Assembly (NCBI GenBank): GCA_045132035.1
Contig: JBGURM010000092.1
Location: forward strand, 7,641 to 71,640
Direction: 5' to 3'
Source: Bacilli bacterium
GTDB taxonomy: Bacteria; Bacillota_I; Bacilli_A; RFN20; CAG-826
DNA length: 64,000 nt
The notes under the pieces were generated by a model. That model searched no databases. It saw only the letters and a list, made by a program, of their open reading frames with translations, and was not told where the DNA came from. The position numbers were made by a program, and so were the translations under genes. Shown piece by piece: positions 60,858-64,000 of the stretch (positions within the stretch are counted from its first letter, which is position 1; every line of letters starts with the position of its first letter).

Positions 60858-62012
60858 TTATTTAGAAATCTTTTTCTTTTTGAAGAAGAAGAATCCACCG
60901 ATAGCAGTAGCCGCAACAAGTGAGACAAGAACAATTGTCATTGTGTTGTTGTTGCTATTGTTATTTTCAGCAACGAACCCAATATTTGCTCTACCATTTG
61001 GAGTAAATGTTCCTGCTGAAGGATTAAATGTTTCTCCATTAGCAAGAGCCCATTTGCCTAATCTTTCAATTGCATCTGGGAAGCTTTCGTTTAGTTGTGC
61101 TAGCGCATAAGAGTTTGCATAAATTGCAGTATAGCCTTGTTTGGCTGCGTTATACAACGATTTACAACCATCAGAATCTCTTCCTTCGCCAGCGGCTTTA
61201 GAGGTGGTTCTGAAGTCCATAAGATTTTGACTGAAATTATGAGCCCAAACATAGTTAATGTTACTCCACCAAGTATTTTTCCCATCTAAAACTGTTTCAT
61301 TGTTAGCGAGAACATAACAGTTATTATTTCCACCATTTGTTGGTCTTGAAATTGTATCTGTCTTATTTGCATCCCCACCAACATTAAAAATGAACCTATT
61401 ATAAGCGTTTAGTAAATCAGCATAATAAACTCTTCCATTTCCGGCGCTTTCTGCTGTAACACCCATATTAACGCCAGACCACTGAGTGCTATATGCTGTG
61501 TCCCCTTGCTCGTTCCACGCATGTACTTTGACCTCACCATTGCCAAACTTATTGTCATAATCATACAAATATATTCTTAATGTCTCAGGTTCCATTGTTT
61601 TCCATCCATTATTATAAAAATAATGTGTAGAAGATGTAGGCGCGGATAAATTGTCAGATTGCATTCCATGATTATCATTATGGAATTGAATATTAGAATA
61701 AAGTGGCTGATCATTAGTTGGATGCCAAGCAAAAACAGCTTGTCCAAATTCATTATCATATGCCCACTTCATTTGCCATGCGGAAGCCCAAGTAGTTCCT
61801 GGCGTTCCATTGCCATCCCATGTATGAATTCTAACTACATTGTCACCCCAATCAGATGGTCTGGTGAAATAAATATAAAGGCTTGTGTCAGTACTAGCTG
61901 CTTCTGCTTCTTCAACTTTTGCTTCTTTAACAGCGCTAGCACCAGTAAAAGCACCGACACCTAAAAGAGTTACAAAAGCAGCAGTTAAAAACAATTTGCT
62001 TATCTTTTTCAT
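60858..62012 (-). CDS. Cell-surface protein with signal peptide, two CBM25/26-like starch-binding-type repeats and a C-terminal TM/K-rich anchor
   Basis: LYIYFTRPSDWGDNVVRIHTWDG...TTW and LRIYLYDYDNKFGNGEVKVHAWN repeats. C-terminal AIGGFFFFKKKKISK. Confidence 0.5.
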   Translation of the reverse strand: MKKISKLFLTAAFVTLLGVGAFTGASAVKEAKVEEAEAASTDTSLYIYFTRPSDWGDNVVRIHTWDGNGTPGTTWASAWQMKWAYDNEFGQAVFAWHPTNDQPLYSNIQFHNDNHGMQSDNLSAPTSSTHYFYNNGWKTMEPETLRIYLYDYDNKFGNGEVKVHAWNEQGDTAYSTQWSGVNMGVTAESAGNGRVYYADLLNAYNRFIFNVGGDANKTDTISRPTNGGNNNCYVLANNETVLDGKNTWWSNINYVWAHNFSQNLMDFRTTSKAAGEGRDSDGCKSLYNAAKQGYTAIYANSYALAQLNESFPDAIERLGKWALANGETFNPSAGTFTPNGRANIGFVAENNNSNNNTMTIVLVSLVAATAIGGFFFFKKKKISK

Positions 62013-62125
62013 AAATTTTACCTCCCGAAAGTGAAATATATGAAATTATATTTAGGATACAATATTACCAAGATTCAATCAATATTTTTTAATTAATTAA
62101 AATACTTATAAAGTAAACAATATAA

Positions 62126-62145
62126 TAAAAAGCGCCATAGGCGCT
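62126..62145 (-). terminator. Rho-independent terminator after the 62211-63293 gene
   Basis: AGCGCC-ata-GGCGCT followed by TTTTTATTATAT on the minus strand. Confidence 0.55.
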
Positions 62146-62210
62146 TTCTGTATACAAATTTCTACAAATAATTATAACTTTCGGGAGTTAGTAGAAATAT
62201 GTAACCTTAA

Positions 62211-63293
62211 TTATTTTGTTAGTCTTTTCTTTTTAAAGAAGAAGAATCCACCAACAGCTAATGCTGATACTGTAGCAATTATTGCAATTGAAGAATAGCT
62301 ACTTGTTTCAACTTCGAACGGAACAACAACTGCAGCTCCATCAACAACTTCTGGATTTGGATTGCGTCCTAATGCGGCTGCCCAATCACAATACCTCTTG
62401 TATGCCGCAGCAAACATATCATTCGTGCTTAATTCAGCATAAACTTCTTGAGTAAGATTCTCTTTCGCTGGTCCAAAATAAGTGTTGCATTGTCCTGGCA
62501 CATTTGAATCCATATGCATATATGTGTCAATCCAAGATTGAACTTTAACATCAAGAAGCGATTCCCAACTATAACCATATGAGTTCCATGCTTGACCATT
62601 ATATCCGCAAACATCGTTTGCTTGTTGTTGATGCGAATCACTATAATCGTTTGATGTAAATTTTAGTCTATTATACTTGCATGGAATAGCAGGAGTTTTG
62701 TAAACTTTTCCTCCAGTATTTTCAACAACTGTCATTTCATATCCAGGCCATGCAATTGGATAAGAGCTGTCATTATTGTTGTCTGCAAAAACATGAAGAT
62801 TTGTAGAAGAAATAACTTCGGTTTTATTTAAATAAATATAATATTCTCTTGTTAAATCTTCAAATGTCCAATTACCGGAAATGCCGCTTGAATTAACAAC
62901 ATAGGCTGTATGCTCCGTTAGAGAATTATAGTCAAAATCAATAGCTGATGTTTGTGAAGCACCTTCTTTAATATTGTTGTTAAATATAACTTTATTTGGA
63001 ATAAAGTCTAATGAAAATTCAAAATGATAAACTCCTTGAGAATGTTCGTTAGTATATTCAAAAACTCCAGCCTTTCCTGGCCAAGTTGTAGTTTTGTTGC
63101 TACTGTCATTAACATCCCAGAGATGAACAGCTAGTTGATTCCAACCAGTAGCATTTGTAACGTGAAACTTGAAATTATAGGTTGCTGCTTCTGCCTTCTC
63201 AACTTTTGCATCTCTACCAGCGTTAACACCAGCAAACACACCGACGCCAAGAAGAGCGGCCATGCAGGTTGTTAATAATAATCCTTTTTTCAT
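62211..63293 (-). CDS. Paralogous cell-surface protein: signal peptide, CBM-like N-domain, C-terminal GGFFFFKKKRLTK anchor
   Basis: The N-terminus MKKGLLLTTCMAALLGVGVFAGVNAGRDAKVEKAEAAT parallels the neighbouring gene's MKKISKLFLTAAFVTLLGVGAFTGASAVKEAKVEEAEAAS. YNFKFHVTNATGWNQLAVHLWDV CBM-like segment. AAGGAG RBS. Confidence 0.5.
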   Translation of the reverse strand: MKKGLLLTTCMAALLGVGVFAGVNAGRDAKVEKAEAATYNFKFHVTNATGWNQLAVHLWDVNDSSNKTTTWPGKAGVFEYTNEHSQGVYHFEFSLDFIPNKVIFNNNIKEGASQTSAIDFDYNSLTEHTAYVVNSSGISGNWTFEDLTREYYIYLNKTEVISSTNLHVFADNNNDSSYPIAWPGYEMTVVENTGGKVYKTPAIPCKYNRLKFTSNDYSDSHQQQANDVCGYNGQAWNSYGYSWESLLDVKVQSWIDTYMHMDSNVPGQCNTYFGPAKENLTQEVYAELSTNDMFAAAYKRYCDWAAALGRNPNPEVVDGAAVVVPFEVETSSYSSIAIIATVSALAVGGFFFFKKKRLTK

Positions 63294-63383
63294 AATTTTT
63301 GTCTCCTTCCAATTTTTAGGAGATACAAACGATACTCCTTAAAATTTTTAGATATCTTCAGGGAATTCATTCCCTAAGTGTAT

Positions 63384-63421
63384 TGAATTTAATATACCCC
63401 CCCCCCGTACCCTTTTGTAAA
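63384..63421 (-). promoter_or_regulatory. Promoter of the 62211-63293 gene with a G10 (plus-strand C10, 63397-63406) homopolymer in the -35/-10 spacer. Candidate phase-variation switch.
   Basis: Minus strand TTTACA-aaagggtacGGGGGGGGGG-TATATT, spacer 19 nt at the current tract length. Palindrome GGGAATGAATTCCC just downstream (63361-63374). Confidence 0.55.
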
Positions 63422-63532
63422 GATAAAAATTTCTAATTTTATCCTTACATTTTTTTAACCTAACAAAAAAGAGCAATCTACTTGACCACTCATAACTGTA
63501 AGTTTTAATCAAAAACAATATAAGAAACCCAC

Positions 63533-63985
63533 TCAATTTGCTTTTGAGGAGGTTTTGTCATACACGAAAGGATAGATAATGAACGAGACAAAAATAAATG
63601 TTAAAAGATACATCGCATTCATTAAGTCATGCCATATGACATATCCAAATTCAACATATAAAGGTAGATTTAATCCCGCTACTTGAAGAGTGGAATACAC
63701 TGCTATAAATAGGAATATAGTCGATAAAACAATAAAACCAATTCTCTTTCCTTTATATGGATTCTTATCTTCATCTAAAACAACATTCTCAATAAAGAAA
63801 GAACCAAATCTAGTCGCTCTAAAGAACAAATAGAAAAGAATTCCACAGGCAATTAAATGAAGGAATAAATAACCAAGCTCTAAGAAATGAGAACCAGTAC
63901 TTCCTTCATCAACAGGGCCATAAACAAAGCACACGATAAGAGAATATCCCGCTAAAAGGAAAGATACTACTGTAGCGGCACACAA
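63533..63985 (-). CDS. Integral membrane protein, hypothetical
   Basis: 150-aa hydrophobic ORF with 4-5 predicted TM segments. Confidence 0.35.
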   Translation of the reverse strand: MCAATVVSFLLAGYSLIVCFVYGPVDEGSTGSHFLELGYLFLHLIACGILFYLFFRATRFGSFFIENVVLDEDKNPYKGKRIGFIVLSTIFLFIAVYSTLQVAGLNLPLYVEFGYVIWHDLMNAMYLLTFIFVSFIIYPFVYDKTSSKAN

Positions 63986-64000
63986 CCCTATAAATAACGC

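Noticed and set aside
63348-63536. 62-aa ORF on the minus strand
   Set aside because: It overlaps the promoter/poly-C region and the 3' end of the neighbouring membrane-protein gene. There is no RBS or recognisable domain, so it is likely spurious.
1-64000. Possible Mycoplasma-type genetic code (TGA=Trp), given the low GC and Mollicute-like gene content
   Set aside because: Very long ORFs (rpoC 1301 aa, rpoB 1200 aa, 1698-aa LRR protein) are intact with TGA treated as stop, and TGA serves as a stop for several genes. The standard code fits.

Overview
This is a low-GC genome that uses the standard genetic code. The long ORFs are intact with TGA as stop, so there is no Mycoplasma-type TGA recoding. 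The backbone is the conserved ribosomal-protein / RNA-polymerase supercluster on the minus strand, in the order rpmG-secE-nusG ... rplK-rplA-rplJ-rplL-methyltransferase-rpoB-rpoC ... rpsL-rpsG-fusA-tuf. Two accessory islands interrupt it.

Island 1 (about 31.1-45.0 kb) lies between nusG and rplK. It carries a tightly packed four-gene minus-strand operon. Three of its secreted proteins have TasA/camelysin-like (SipW-cognate-type) N-termini, and the fourth is a 1698-aa BspA-type leucine-rich-repeat surface protein. The island also carries a divergent KtrAB-like K+ uptake pair. The fibre operon has a terminator-like hairpin in its 5' leader. This island is the best candidate for a previously undescribed surface fibre/adhesin system.

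Island 2 (about 18.9-20.7 kb) lies between rpsL and rpoC. It holds a small membrane protein, a lysine-rich basic protein, three tandem ~110-bp repeats each with a conserved 46-nt hairpin and promoter-like box, and a Pnk-like P-loop kinase.

Downstream of tuf is a minus-strand operon that looks like an extracellular nucleic-acid scavenging module. It encodes a DinJ-like RHH protein, a lipase-like hydrolase, a 5'-nucleotidase lipoprotein, an endonuclease-I family nuclease with a Big_2 domain, and two RDD-like membrane proteins. After it come an LRR surface protein and a sugar/Ugp-type ABC transporter whose ATPase has a large insertion.

The right side of the window carries a VapBC module, two orphan antitoxin-like genes, folC, smpB and a Wzy-like membrane protein. 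It ends with a glycogen/alpha-glucan locus (glgP, glgB, malQ, dimeric-dUTPase-like, CarD-like). In that locus a DUF234-type AAA ATPase gene is bracketed by two near-identical 36-bp palindromic promoter/operator modules. Two paralogous anchored CBM-like surface proteins follow, one of which has a C10/G10 homopolymer in its promoter spacer, consistent with phase variation.
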